Assembly (NCBI RefSeq): GCF_963676685.1
Contig: NC_092355.1
Span: 30,566,001-30,630,000, forward strand
DNA: 64,000 nucleotides
Source of the DNA: Mytilus edulis
Taxonomy: Eukaryota
Reading direction: 5' to 3'
The position numbers and the translations under genes were made by a program. The notes beneath the pieces are model-generated. The model was not told where the DNA came from. It saw only the letters and a list, made by a program, of their open reading frames with translations, and did not search any database. Within the stretch, counting starts at the first letter, position 1. Each line of letters starts with the position of its first letter. Below, piece after piece: positions 32,914-45,400 of the stretch.

Positions 32914-35900
32914 TTACATGTCCGATGCCGGTCGCTTCTCTAAATATTTCTGTACATTAGCATTTGTCTTTACACTTTCATAAAACTTTTTGACTTCAGT
33001 AAAGTCTTTGTACACCCCTTCTCCCATCTTTGGATTACATGTTAGTTTATCAAGCATGTCAAAAGCAGCCATGTCTGCGACAGTCAACTGCAAAAAACAA
33101 AAAGGAGACAATTACAACTTGCGCTTACTTTTTTCCAAAAGAATATATATATATATATATGGAAGTTGTTAACGCATATTAGATCGATAAATTGAATATC
33201 ATTAAATGTCATATTTTTCGTTTATTCTCTATCAACTGTGGATTCGTTTATGCTCGTGGGTATCAATTGTCGTGGTGGATTGTAGAACACTTATGATTTC
33301 GTTGATATTTGATTTCGTGGTTTTGCAAAAATCTGCACACAACCATAGAGAAAATTGATAATTCATTGCAGATTTAAGTTAGTGGTTCAACTGTACCCAC
33401 GAAAGCAACGAAAATTGGTATCCAACGAATAATAATGAATCCACAGTAGTTACTAACAAAATATATGTTCTACTGGCCTCAATGTGTTTAACTAATCTTA
33501 GGTTTGCCAATTTTAAGATTGTTTTGCTTAATATATATATATATATATATATAAAAGTCTATAAAAAGGACCAACCAGCAAATTTACTATGTACCGGATC
33601 GTCTAGAATAGGCGATACTATGCAGATAAGGAAAAAATTATATCAGTCTAAAGATTTGCACAACGGTACTGATATAAGGTGTTATTAAACGAAAATGTTG
33701 TTATAAAATCGTGTTGACAAATATTTCGGCTCAACAAATGGCCTTCTTCTTGTGTCACAAGTTTTAACAATACTGTTTTAACAAGTTTTAACAAATATAT
33801 ATATATATATATTTGTTACCTTTGAACCAACAAGAAATTTTCCACCATTTTCTTTGAGTAACTTGCACAAATATGTGAAAAACTGGGGCAAAACTTCTGT
33901 ACTAAACTTTTTACCAAGTTCTTCCTAGATAAGAAAATAAAATGATTGAAATAAACAATTGCAATTTTGAAATTACTATCAAATAATAGCGCAAGAAATT
34001 CCATATCTGGTATCTGTTTGGTCTAATTGTTGAAAGTCGTACGGTGATCTATAATTGCTTATATCAACGTTATTTGACCGAAGTCTGTTAAAAAGTTGTC
34101 AGCTCATTTTGCAATTATACTACATCTCCTTATTTTGATATAAACCAGTCTCACGATGGTTATTCTCAGTGCTATTTGAGAACATTTGAACATTTGAGAT
34201 TCTCGTAGATAAATCTTTTCCGATGGTCTACATTATTAAGATGTTCGTAGGTAAATCGGTCTTGGTGCTCTATATTGTTGAGATTCTAGTAGGTAAATCG
34301 GTCTTGATGCTCTACATTATTGAGATTCTTGATGCTCTATATTGTTGAGATTCTAGTCGGTTAATCTGTCTTGATGCTTTATATTATTAAGATTCTCCTT
34401 GATACTCTATATTATTGAGATTATCGTAGGTAAATCGGTCTTGATGATCTATATTATTGAGATTCTCGTAGGTAAATCGGTCTTGATGATCTATATTATT
34501 GAGATTCTCGTAGGTAAATCGGTCTTGATGATCTATATTATTGAGATTCTCGTAGGTAAATCGGTCTTGATGCTCTACATTATTGAGATTCTCGTAGGTA
34601 AATCGGTCTTGATGCTCTACATTCTTGAGATTCTCGTAGGTAAATCGGTCTTGATGCTCTATATTATTGAGAATCTCGAAAGTAATCAGTTTGATGCTCT
34701 GTATTATTGCAATTTTGTCTTCGTGCTCAATATGATGTCATTACGACCAGATTGTTATGCTCATCTAAGACACAACATGCCAGCATTTCAGTATCATGAT
34801 CCTTCCAATGCTAAGCCCCATCCCTGAACATGTTTGTCATATTGGAGTTTTTATTTAAGTCTTTAGAAATGAGGGAGACAGAAAAACTGACAATTGAAGT
34901 TGAAAGCACCTTCAACTTCGTTAGACAACTCAGCTATCGATGTCCAAAATTTAATCTCACATGCATGTTAATTGTTAATTTGTTGTGCTCTTGTATATAC
35001 GTATTTATTAGTTTTTGTACGTAATTTTGCAATAAAATTGATCTACATATTAAGAAATACGTACCTTTTTAGCTTCATCCTTTTCGAAATGTAGTTTAAC
35101 CATAGCATTGAAGACGTCAAATGTAGTGTCAATGATGATGTCACACTTTGTGTTTTCCATATTATTTGAACCATACAACCCTGTTACAATAGTTAAAAAG
35201 AATAAGTAGGGAGCTGGTGGGAATCTTCATTTTAACATTCTTTAATATAAGCCATGTTTCTCTATTCTTTTTTTTTTAAACTGAAAGCACTTAGACAATA
35301 TTGGTATTTCATTTTTAATTGTGTTTTACAAAATCACTATACCATAGCCGATTCGATTGATTGATTGCTAGTTTGTATTTAACGCCACTTTCAGTATTAT
35401 TGGTTATAAAGTGGATACCAGTTTTTATTGATGGAGGGAGCCGACGTGCCCACAGAGAACCACCAACCTTCGGTAGGAAAAAACAGTCGCTTCGAAGACA
35501 GTTAATTTTGCTGAAGAGACATTTGCGGATCCAGCCATTTCTCGAAACGGGGGGTTCCAACCCCCGGAACACCATGCAACGTTCAAATAATTAAAACAAA
35601 AGGGGTACAGCTTCCGGAACAACCTCTATACCCAATGAATCCGCCCTTATTTATTCATTGGTTATCCCATGGTTTGTTGGAGGCCGTGTGATGACTTGTA
35701 ATTGTTCATATCTTTGTAAGTTGGTCTTTAAGCGTAAAGTGAACTAATTGGCAATCATACCAGAGTGGCATCTATTCATTTCTATAGTAATACTATTTGA
35801 GGATTTGGCTTATACAGGTTCACAGACGTTAACTGTTGATAAATTGTATTGTAAATATTCGTAAAAGCTGTTTCAAATAAACAAGATGTGAAATGTGTTT

Positions 35901-38528
35901 ATTGGAAATTTGCCTAACCTCAGAAACACATTTCAAGGAGCTATAAAATACAATATTGCAAGCACTAATGAATTGTATGATTAAGCATTATGTTATACAT
36001 GTACTCGTTTGTGTAATGTAAGATTACAACGCAGAAAAAAAACACCGATAAACCACAGTGAACCATTTTATCGATTAGCAATTTCCGAACAGTGCTTTCA
36101 GACTTTAATATAAACTTACCAAATTCACGGGCAAGGTATCGGGCAATGGCACCCGTCTGGTTAACCATTGTTTTATCATCTACAGTTAATACTGGCATCT
36201 GACCATATGGTGTTTCTGAAATAAATCATGAACTCATGGTTTTCAAACATTTTTTTTTCTCAATTTTATTGCAATTAGCTACACCTGTGTTATCTATTGA
36301 TATTGCTGTGAGGGTGTTAGCTGTATAATTTATTTTCTCTGTCACCAAGATATTTTGATAAATGGAGACAGATATGCAGCTTTCAACAAATACAGTGATT
36401 TGATGCTATTTTAAGACATTGCACGACAAAGTGAAACGTATTTAATGACTTTCAATACATGTACATTTATAAATACACGATGTTCATTTTGCCGTTTGCT
36501 TGAATAAATTTTGTGGCATTGCATTTCTATTTTAAAAAAAGCTGATTTGCGAGTTCTTATTTAAATCCGTTTATAAGATAGAAATTCGATTAATTTTGAT
36601 TGACCTTCAAATTTAAAGTTTAAAAACGATGACATCTTTAATCCCAATTACAAATATGCTGCGAATAAGCACGGTTATTTTAGATTTGATAGAATTTTTG
36701 TACGAGGGTCTGAATGAGAAAATAACAGGCTATAAGAAAAAAAAAAAGAAGGAAAAAACCCAATTTAACCTTAATTTTTTTTTAAATTGTTATGTGATAA
36801 TATATAAAGAATAGGTAATAATGGACAACTATCAGCAAACCTGTATTATTGGCGCAAAAAAAAAGTTTTATTTAGTCAAATGAAATATGGTTTGTTGCGC
36901 AAATGAAAGATTTGTTTTGCCACAAATGAAATGCCAATTGGCACAAAAGCAAAGCACCGAAAATAAGTTATAGATAATGTATATTTTAAGGTTTGTCTTG
37001 TCGTATAACACCCCGAGGTAAAAAGATAAAACTATTCTATGTGATAGCCTTCATCTTCGGCCTTTCCGAACTCTTAAAAATATTCTTTTCTCGATTTGGT
37101 AATTGTGAAGATCGTCTTATGATGATGGCCATAATTCTATGAAGTTTGCAGTATTGTACTGATCATTCCTAATTTTTTCGGGGTAGAGAAGGGGGTAGTT
37201 TTTTTACGGTATAATCGTTTTTCAATAAGACACAAGAACACAATGTTATTTGAATTTGAACTTTAATGTTTTATTTATTTTTTCCCTTACTGTAAAATAA
37301 ATACAAAATATTTTGTTCGTTTTCCAATCACCCTTCTGTAATAGTATTATTTTTATTAAGAATTAAGAATCAAACAATTTGATAATAAAATATATTCTCC
37401 CCCGCAAACTCCCCCCTCCCCTCAAACACACAAACAAGATATTCAACTAAACAACATAAATAGAAGTTGACCTCACATGAACCATTTTATATATATATAT
37501 ATATTATTAATTCGTATATTTTAACAAATTTGATTCGTTTAGGGATAGTCACATGTTAAACTATATTCTCGAAGGTAGAGCGAAAACGGCGGATAGCAAA
37601 AAGCATATTGACCGGCAAAAAGCATATTGCACGGTTATTTTTAGAATATCTAAAAACCGATATACTTTGTGACGTCATGTAATGAATTTCAGGATATTGT
37701 TTAACAATTTGAAACAAATGATATCGATTATTTGACGAACAAAAATCTTCAAATACATAAGATGTCCAAAAAAAGAAGTAAATGAAATAACAACTAATAT
37801 GTTATTATTGTCAAGGAGACAATGTAATATCTATAAAGTTCCAACAAACCTAAATGACGATTTTGATACAAACATGGTCGGAAATAAATAATATAACAAA
37901 TATAGCCTTTGTATGAGGTCAATACAGGATATATCGACCCAAAGAAGTATATCGACCTCAGACTTCGTCCTCAGTCAATATACTTCTTTCAGGTCAATAT
38001 ATCCTTGTATCGACCTCATACAAAGGCTGTATTTATATAATATATAATAAACTATATTTGATCTGATCTTACTGGTGTCATCTATAAATCTCGCTTTTTG
38101 TAATTTTCACTCACCCCCTCTTTTCCCAGATCCCACTGTTCTTACCCCTATATGCCCCAGTTTTTATCCCTGTTTTCCACATCCACAATTCACTTGTTTA
38201 CCCCCCCTCCCGCCTTAGTATTCCAAATTCCCTAAAACATGTCATATCTCCCCTCTTACTTGATTTAAAAGCTGTCCATTTATCGCCACCTATCCCTAAT
38301 TTTTACCCCTATATTTCCCACTTATACAGTTTTCTACCCCTTAAGTATAACAGAGGCCAACGTGTGTCATTTATCCTCTCTAAGTCTCTTACTTGGTTTA
38401 AAAGCTGTCCATTTATCGCCACCTAATCTCTCGTCCTCGAACTCTTTTCCAGCTGCAGCAAACACAAGTCGAGGTAATTCTCCTCTTCCTCTGATGTCGA
38501 AGTAAGATATTTTGAATTTAGCAGGCAT
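32914..38528 (-). CDS. GSTS: Sigma-class glutathione S-transferase, paralog 4 (208 aa)
   Basis: Exons 38393-38528, 36120-36215, 35065-35180, 33820-33924, 32914-33087; open frame, GT-AG. MPAKFKISYFDIRGRGELPRL...KRPASDM*. Confidence 0.96.
33235..33447. mobile_element. MITE with CTGTGGATTC...GAATCCACAG TIRs; partial copy from 63735
   Basis: Terminal inverted repeats visible; second copy near the window end. Confidence 0.65.
34195..34705. repeat. 42-bp minisatellite in intron 3 of paralog 4
   Basis: Unit GAGATTCTCGTAGGTAAATCGGTCTTGATGxTCTATATTATT. Confidence 0.92.
37495..38042. mobile_element. Hairpin-ended insertion in intron 1 of paralog 4
   Basis: Absent in paralog 5 intron; hairpin with ~65-bp arms at 37898-38034. 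Confidence 0.65.
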
Positions 38529-38820
38529 TTTGATTTAATGTTTATATCTTGATTGCTAATGAAAAAATGAAAAGTATATGAATTAACTACCAAAGCTATT
38601 TAATATACAGTATACTAAGACCATGTCCTAGATTTTGTCATAAATCCATATCCTATATATTGACACCATCAATATATAACTTTAAATTTGTATAAAATAA
38701 GATCTAGATAGTTCTACTGGCTACACGTAAGCAGTCAATATGTTTATTCAACGGATTAGTACAGGTCAGACGTTTCCATAGGAAGAATCTTCCAGTAAAT
38801 GACCATTTGACCCAGTAATG

Positions 38821-38840
38821 TCATAATGACTTGGCAAAAG
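38821..38840. promoter_or_regulatory. Putative antioxidant response element (ARE) upstream of paralog 4
   Basis: TCATAATGACTTGGCAAAAG matches extended consensus TMAnnRTGAYnnnGCRwwww at all but the last position; ~300 bp upstream of ATG. Confidence 0.55.
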
Positions 38841-39490
38841 CATGTAAGAGATACACATTTTAGTCTATAATTATAGATGCATCTTCTAAATCTAATACGA
38901 TGACTTGTTAGAAAGTCCGCGTATCTTTTTGTTTATAAATAAACAATAAATGACTTCATTTTATACGCATTCGCTTATTGGTGTATACCCAGCGTTACCG
39001 ATATTTTATATTGAAACAGGGTTTTATTCAAATATCGGTCGTACATTTATGTAATATAAAGAGCGAGCCAGAGATTGCTAGACTCAAGATCACTGTAAAT
39101 GAATTATTATTATACTTAGACCACTCGGCCAGATGGCCCTTTCTATAAAAGTAAACTTTACAGTCGTTTCTATAAAAAAAATCTATGTAAACTTTATAAA
39201 GCCTTCTAACTTTTGAAGACACTGGCTTCATTTTCAGAATTGAAAAAGAATTGTTGTAGCGGTACACGTTTATTTCCGATACTTTGTTGCATGACTTAAC
39301 AGTACATTAATTTTGTATTACTTGTGATTTGTTTACAAATATTCTTTGAGATCGTCAAATAAAGGACATTTTTTGTTGTTTGGAGACCTTTTTTAAGATT
39401 TGCGAATACAACTTTACATTAAACAACCATCATTTTTTCGAATTATTTACCACCTCGTATACAATTGTGGAAACCATTGACACGGTAAAT

Positions 39491-39625
39491 AATGCATGTT
39501 GGAGACTCATGCAGACAAGACAGAAATTGTGCATACATGTGTAGTAAACACTTCGTCGGTGTGGAAGGACCAACTCACATTCATCCCGATCCGATGCCTG
39601 CACTGTTACACACAATGAGAAACTG
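39491..39625 (+). pseudogene. Second copy of the decayed THAP exon
   Basis: YMCSKHFVGVEGPTHIHPDPMPALL followed by G|GTGAGT; paralogous to 31528-31620. Confidence 0.6.
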
Positions 39626-39719
39626 GTGAGTGAGTGTATATCAATCACCAATGGAGATCTCATATTTGCAGACCGGAGATTCACCATAGACGACTTATTG
39701 ATGTCACAACCAGCAGTCA

Positions 39720-41118
39720 ATATGTTCTTGTCATATATTTTATGATGGTATAATACTAAACCCCTAACGGGAAGAATTGTGCTTGATATTCATATGATTT
39801 CAACCAGTTTAATTGAGGTCTGGAGTTGACATGTCATGAACTGCTAGTAGTCCTTTGTTAATTTATGTATAATTGTCATTTTGTTTAGTTTCTTTTGTTA
39901 CCTATTCTGACATTGGACTCGGACGTCTCTTAAACTGAGTTTTAGTATGCTTACTGTTCTGCGTTTGTTTTTTTGGTCTTTGTTAGTCTTGTATGATTTT
40001 TTTATTTTAGTTTCTTGTGTATAATTCGGAGTTTAGTCATGCGCGTAGCTACGTTTACGTTAAAACGCCCGGACATACACTTGAATTTGGTAAAACAAAA
40101 TATTTTCATCTAGATATTATTAAAAGAATTGGTTAACAGTACATCAACCTTCTAAGTCTTTCTTCAATTGCTTGTAATTTGGAATAAAAATGACAAAATT
40201 GGTGTCATACATGTATTTATATATTTGTTCATTTTCTGTCAAAGTCTAAATCTACCGTGATTTCTATACTCGCATCATGCGCATCATGACGAAATTATAT
40301 ATGATGAATTTTCCCGTATTCATGGGTTTTTAAAAGGAATTTCTTGAAGTATTTACATTCTGAGGTTAAAATTTGGTACTTATAAATTATTTGTAAAACC
40401 GTGGTCAAAGTTTATGAAACTTTCTTGGAGGAAAACGCGTATAGCACAAGAATAAATTTCCATTCTGGTATCTATGATGTCGAGTTAATTTACATGATAA
40501 ATTTATAAACCTCCATATTTTGTCATGAAACTTGTGCAGAAATTAAATGAAAACATTTCTTTTGTTTAAATCCTGTAATGGACTGATAAATGAATAAACT
40601 TTTCGCGGGGAGGAATTTCAGGCGAGAGTTAGGGTTCCATTTACACACTTTAATATTGCACATGAACAACTCAGAAAATTAATCATTTCCGAGTCATGTT
40701 CATTTACGATTCTAAATAGACTATGAATAGGTTAAACATAAAAAAAGTAACCATTTTGAATCTAAAGAATGTTGTTATTGATATGAGTTTTCAATGACAG
40801 GAATGGTATGTCATTCTCGGTAATTTTAAAACTTACGGAGGCTTAGCATCCGCTCATCTACATTGGCCTGGATCCAATAGGGCCTGACCGAGGTTCGGGC
40901 GTACACTTGAAAATGACCTAGCTACGCCACTGTTAGTATGACGTCTATTATCACTGAACTAGTAACTTATTTGTTTAGGGGCCGGCTGAAAGACTCCTCC
41001 GGGTGCGGGAGTTTCTCGCTGCATTGAAGACCCATTGGTTGCCTTCGTCTGTTGTCTGCTATATGGTCGGGTTGTTGTCTCTTTGACATATTCCCCATTT
41101 CCATTCTCAATTTTACTG
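39720..41118 (+). mobile_element. 3'-UTR fragment of the same Penelope-like family (carries SECIS-like hairpin at ~39725-39798), interrupted by a DNA element
   Basis: Colinear similarity to 26583-27178, ending in CCCCATTTCCATTCTCAATTTTA. Confidence 0.8.
40038..40932. mobile_element. Non-autonomous DNA transposon nested in the Penelope-like fragment
   Basis: Imperfect TIRs CATGCGCGTAGCTA / TAGCTACGCCACTG; 5-bp TSD TTAGT (40033-40037, 40933-40937); host sequence resumes exactly after it. Confidence 0.8.
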
Positions 41119-41457
41119 TGTTAAATATACCACCAATTCTTGGCAAAAGAACCAAATTCACAAGATTTATAGAACGTGTTATTACTTATTGGGAAGATTC
41201 CTCTTTCATTGACAGCAATAGCTAATCAGATGGTTTTTTTTGGCATCCTGCCTTGCCAATGTTCAGGAACCACTTGTTAGATAATTTGTAAACATTTATG
41301 CTTACGTGTATATGTTATACTTACTACGAAGCCATTCATATATATACACACATGTACTCTACAATGCATGTGTATACATGTACTAATATATACCTGTTTA
41401 GTTTTACTCCTGATATATTCTTTATATTTTAGCCTCCCTCTTTTTCGAATCTTTATA

Positions 41458-41948
41458 TTTTTATGCCCCACCTACGATAGTAGAGGGGCATTATGTTTTC
41501 TAGTCTGTGCCTCCGTTCGTTCGTCCGTTCGTCCGTCCGTTCGTTCGTTCGTTCGTTCGTTCGTTCGTTCGTCCGACTTCAGGTTAAAGTTTTTGGTCAA
41601 GGTAGTTTTTGATGAAGTTGAAGTCCAATCCACTTGAAACTTAGTACACATGTTCCCCATGATATGATCTTTCTAATTTTAATGCCAAATTATAGTTTTG
41701 ACCCCAATTTCATGATCAACTGAACATAGAAAATGAAAGTGCGAAGTTCAGATTAAAGTTTTTGGTCAAGGTAGTTTTTGATGAAGTTAAAGTCACAACT
41801 ACTTGAAACTTAGTACACATGTTCCCTATGATATGATCTTTCTAATTTTAATTCCAAATTAAAGTTTCGACCCCAATTTCACGGTCTACTGAACATGGAA
41901 AATTATAGTGCGAATGGGGCATCCGTTTACTATGGACACATTCTTGTT
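41458..41948 (-). mobile_element. Second copy of the Helentron-associated element (opposite orientation)
   Basis: Reverse complement of 22162-22632 with (TTCG/TCCG)n microsatellite; absent from the paralogous spacer at ~32120. Confidence 0.78.
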
Positions 41949-42485
41949 TACTCTATTATTGTCTATTCTGTAAACGATCCCATCCAGATCCTGTTCTGTG
42001 AAACACACGATAGAGGCCGGCTCTGAATGGGGATCTTCATTTTTTAATTTCATCTTTTTGACCTTTATATTTTAGAACCCATGGCCAATTATTTTTTTTT
42101 TTTTTCGACCCATTATTTTTTTTAAAGCGCTATAACACTTTTTATTCGAGCGTCACTGCTGAGTGGTTTGAAATTAGACGAAACGCACAGCTAGCGTATA
42201 AAATTATACGCCTGAAATCTTTGATGAGAGATTTTTCACTGCTACATAATTAATAATATTACAATAAAACAGCTTCATCATATTTTAATTCAGAAAATTG
42301 CAATTTGTAAAACACATTCAATAAACAGATAACTATAAAAATAAAAAAAGGTACAAATAACATGTACTATTGTATACGATGTAAATAATTTCAAGTATTT
42401 GTTCACATTCTTATGTTTGTTAATGTAAAACCATGTAAAAATTTGAATAAATAAATGAAAAAAAAAAATGAGTATGTTCCTTGAT

Positions 42486-45400
42486 TTACATGTCTGCTGC
42501 CGGTCGCTTCTCTAAATATTTCTGTACATTAGCATTTGTTTTTACACTTTCGTAAAACTTTTTTACTTCAGCAAAGTCTTTGTACACGCCTTCACCCATC
42601 GTTGGGTTACATGTTAGTTTATCAAGCATGTCAAAAGCAGCCATATCCGCAACTGTCAACTACAAATAATAAAAAAGAGAGAATAATATCTTGCATTTAC
42701 TTTTTCTAATTTTTTTAAAATAATTTTAAATGACAAAGCTTCTAAGAAATATGCCATTTTAATTCAAATTAATCACGTGGTCAAAAAAGGAAACTGATTG
42801 CCAACAGTCAAAAAAAAGTAAAATCACAAAAATACTGAACTTAGAGGAAGATCAATTGGGAAAGTCCATAATCACATGGCAAAATCAAATAACAAAACGC
42901 ATAAAAAACGAATGGACAAGAACTGTCATATTCAATTGATTCAAAATCTAAATATTCTAAAATAAGACTATACTGACTAGATTGATTGTTGTTTAACGCC
43001 ACTTCAGTACCATAGAGCTATTAGACTATTTTTTGAAGGTCAGTTTTCATTGATGCAGAAACTTTCATTGATGCAGAAACTCGGAGTTCTCGGATAGAAC
43101 CATCGACCTTCAAAAGGATTACTTTCAATCCTAGTCAATTAATAATAGAGCCGCTTGTTGGATTCGAACACACACCATCAGTGTCGATAGGTCAGGGATA
43201 CGTTATTGCATAAGATCACTGGATCATGGAGGCTACATGCACATTGGCTCCAGAAATGGATTATCATTAAAACGTCACATGTTTCGTTTATTCTCTATTT
43301 AATCAAAACAAATTATATGTTCTACTGGTCCAAATGCTTTGCTTTATATATATATTTGTTACCTTCGATCCAACGAGAAACTTTCCTCCATTTTCTTTGA
43401 GTACCTTGCACAAATATGTTAAAAATTGGGGCAAAACTTCGGTACTAAACTTTTTACCAAGTTCTTCCTAGATAAACAAATACAAAGATTGAAATGAACA
43501 ATTGCAAGTTTTAAGCTACTTACTATGAAATGATGGTATAAGACAGTCTGTTAAATGTGTTTTTTCCAGTGTTGAAGGTCTTGCAGTGACGTATAATTGC
43601 TTATATCAAAGTTATTTGAACGAACTCTGTTCTCGTTTTGCACTGTATCTCCTTATTTTCATAAAAACTTGTCTTACGACGATTGTTAATCTCCGTGCTA
43701 AATGAGATCATATGAACGATATTACGATTATCGTGGATGTATCTGCCCTGGGCTGCGTTCAATATCGAAGCAGCTACGCAGTGTTACGTATATTTTGACT
43801 ATTGAACGTGTAGCTATAGACTAGTTGTTACATATATATTGATAGCAGCTACGTACGACTACGTAGCTGCTACGATATTGATCTCAACCCTGATTGATCT
43901 ACATGTACATTATTGTGAAGATTTTCGTAGGTTAATTGGTCTTGATGCTCTATATTGTTGAGATGTTCGAATGTAAATCGGTTTGAGGATCTATATTATT
44001 GAGATTTTTGTAGGTAAATTAGTCTTTATGCTCAATACGATATCAATACGACCTGATGTGTATGCCAATCTCAGACAAAACATGCTAGCATTTCAATATC
44101 TTAATCGTGTTAATGCTTAGCCCCATCCATGAACTTGTTTAGTATATTGGAGTTAGTCTTTAGAAATATAGTAATTTGTATATTATTGACTGATTGATTA
44201 ATTGATTGATGATGGTTAACGCCACATTGTAGGCTGTTCACTATACCAAAGCGGTCAATTTAATTGATGTAGGAACCATGAGTCCCCAGAGAGAACCATC
44301 AAAATTCGGTATGTAAACTGACAATCTTACTCACTTCAGATTAGAGTCAAACACACACATACAACGTCCAAGCCTAAAATTCGAACTCACCTTCAACCTC
44401 AGTGATTCAGTTATTAAACTATGAACCTTTCGAGGACCAGCATTCAATTTTGCATGTTTTGATTGTTCCTTTTTGTGTTCTTGTACATGCATGTACGTAT
44501 TTTACTTGTATTTGTAAGTTATTGTGCAATAAAGTTTACCTACATATTAAATACATTACCTTTTGTGCTTCATCCTTTTCGAAATGTAATTTAATCATAG
44601 CAGTTAAGACATCAACTGTTGTTTCAATGATGATGTCACACTTTGTATTTTCCATATTATTTGAACCATACAACCCTGTTAAATGTTGAAATAGTTTAAA
44701 AAAAATAAAAATTGAGTGAGGGATCTTCATTTCCAAATTCGTTAAGTTTAAGCCATATTTCTATATTCCTTCATTTTAGTTAAACTGACAGCTCTTAGAA
44801 AAATAAGTTTTAATTGTTTGATAAAATCGCTATACTCTCAGTATCGTTGACTATATCGTTGCGGCTAGTTTTTTTTATGGAGAGACATTATCCAACCCCT
44901 GGAACACCATGTAACGTTCAAATGATATAAACAAAAGAGGTACAACCCCGGGAACAATCTCAATCACCAATCAATCCGCTCCTATTTTTTCATTGAATAT
45001 CCACGGTGTTCTTGGAGGCCGTACGATGACCTGCTATTGTCAATATATTTGTAGTTTGGTCTTTAAGGATGAAGTTGGTTAATCTCATACAACATATATA
45101 TATCATGTATATATAGGAAGATGTGGTATGAGTGCCAATGAGACAGCTCTCCATCCAAATAAAAATTTATACAAGTAAACCATTATAGGTCAAGGTACGG
45201 CCTTAATTCAACACGGAGCCCTGGCTCCCACCAAACAACAAGCTATAAAGGGCCCCAAAATGACTAGTGTAAAACCATTCAAACTGGAAAACCAACGGTC
45301 TAATCTATATAAAAAAAAACCGAGAAACACGTATACATTACATAAACAAACGACAACTACTGTACATCAGATTCCTGACTTAGGACAGGTGCAAAAACAT

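Noticed and set aside
34399-34827. 142-aa ORF with IIEILVGKSVLM repeats (and 24689-25076 ORFs)
   Set aside because: Artefact of 42- and 30-bp repeat units being multiples of three.
39720-39800. SECIS acting on the GST genes (selenoprotein GST)
   Set aside because: All SECIS-like copies are on the + strand, antisense to the GSTs, and lie in introns or spacers. The GST frames have no in-frame TGA and the four complete genes end in TAA.
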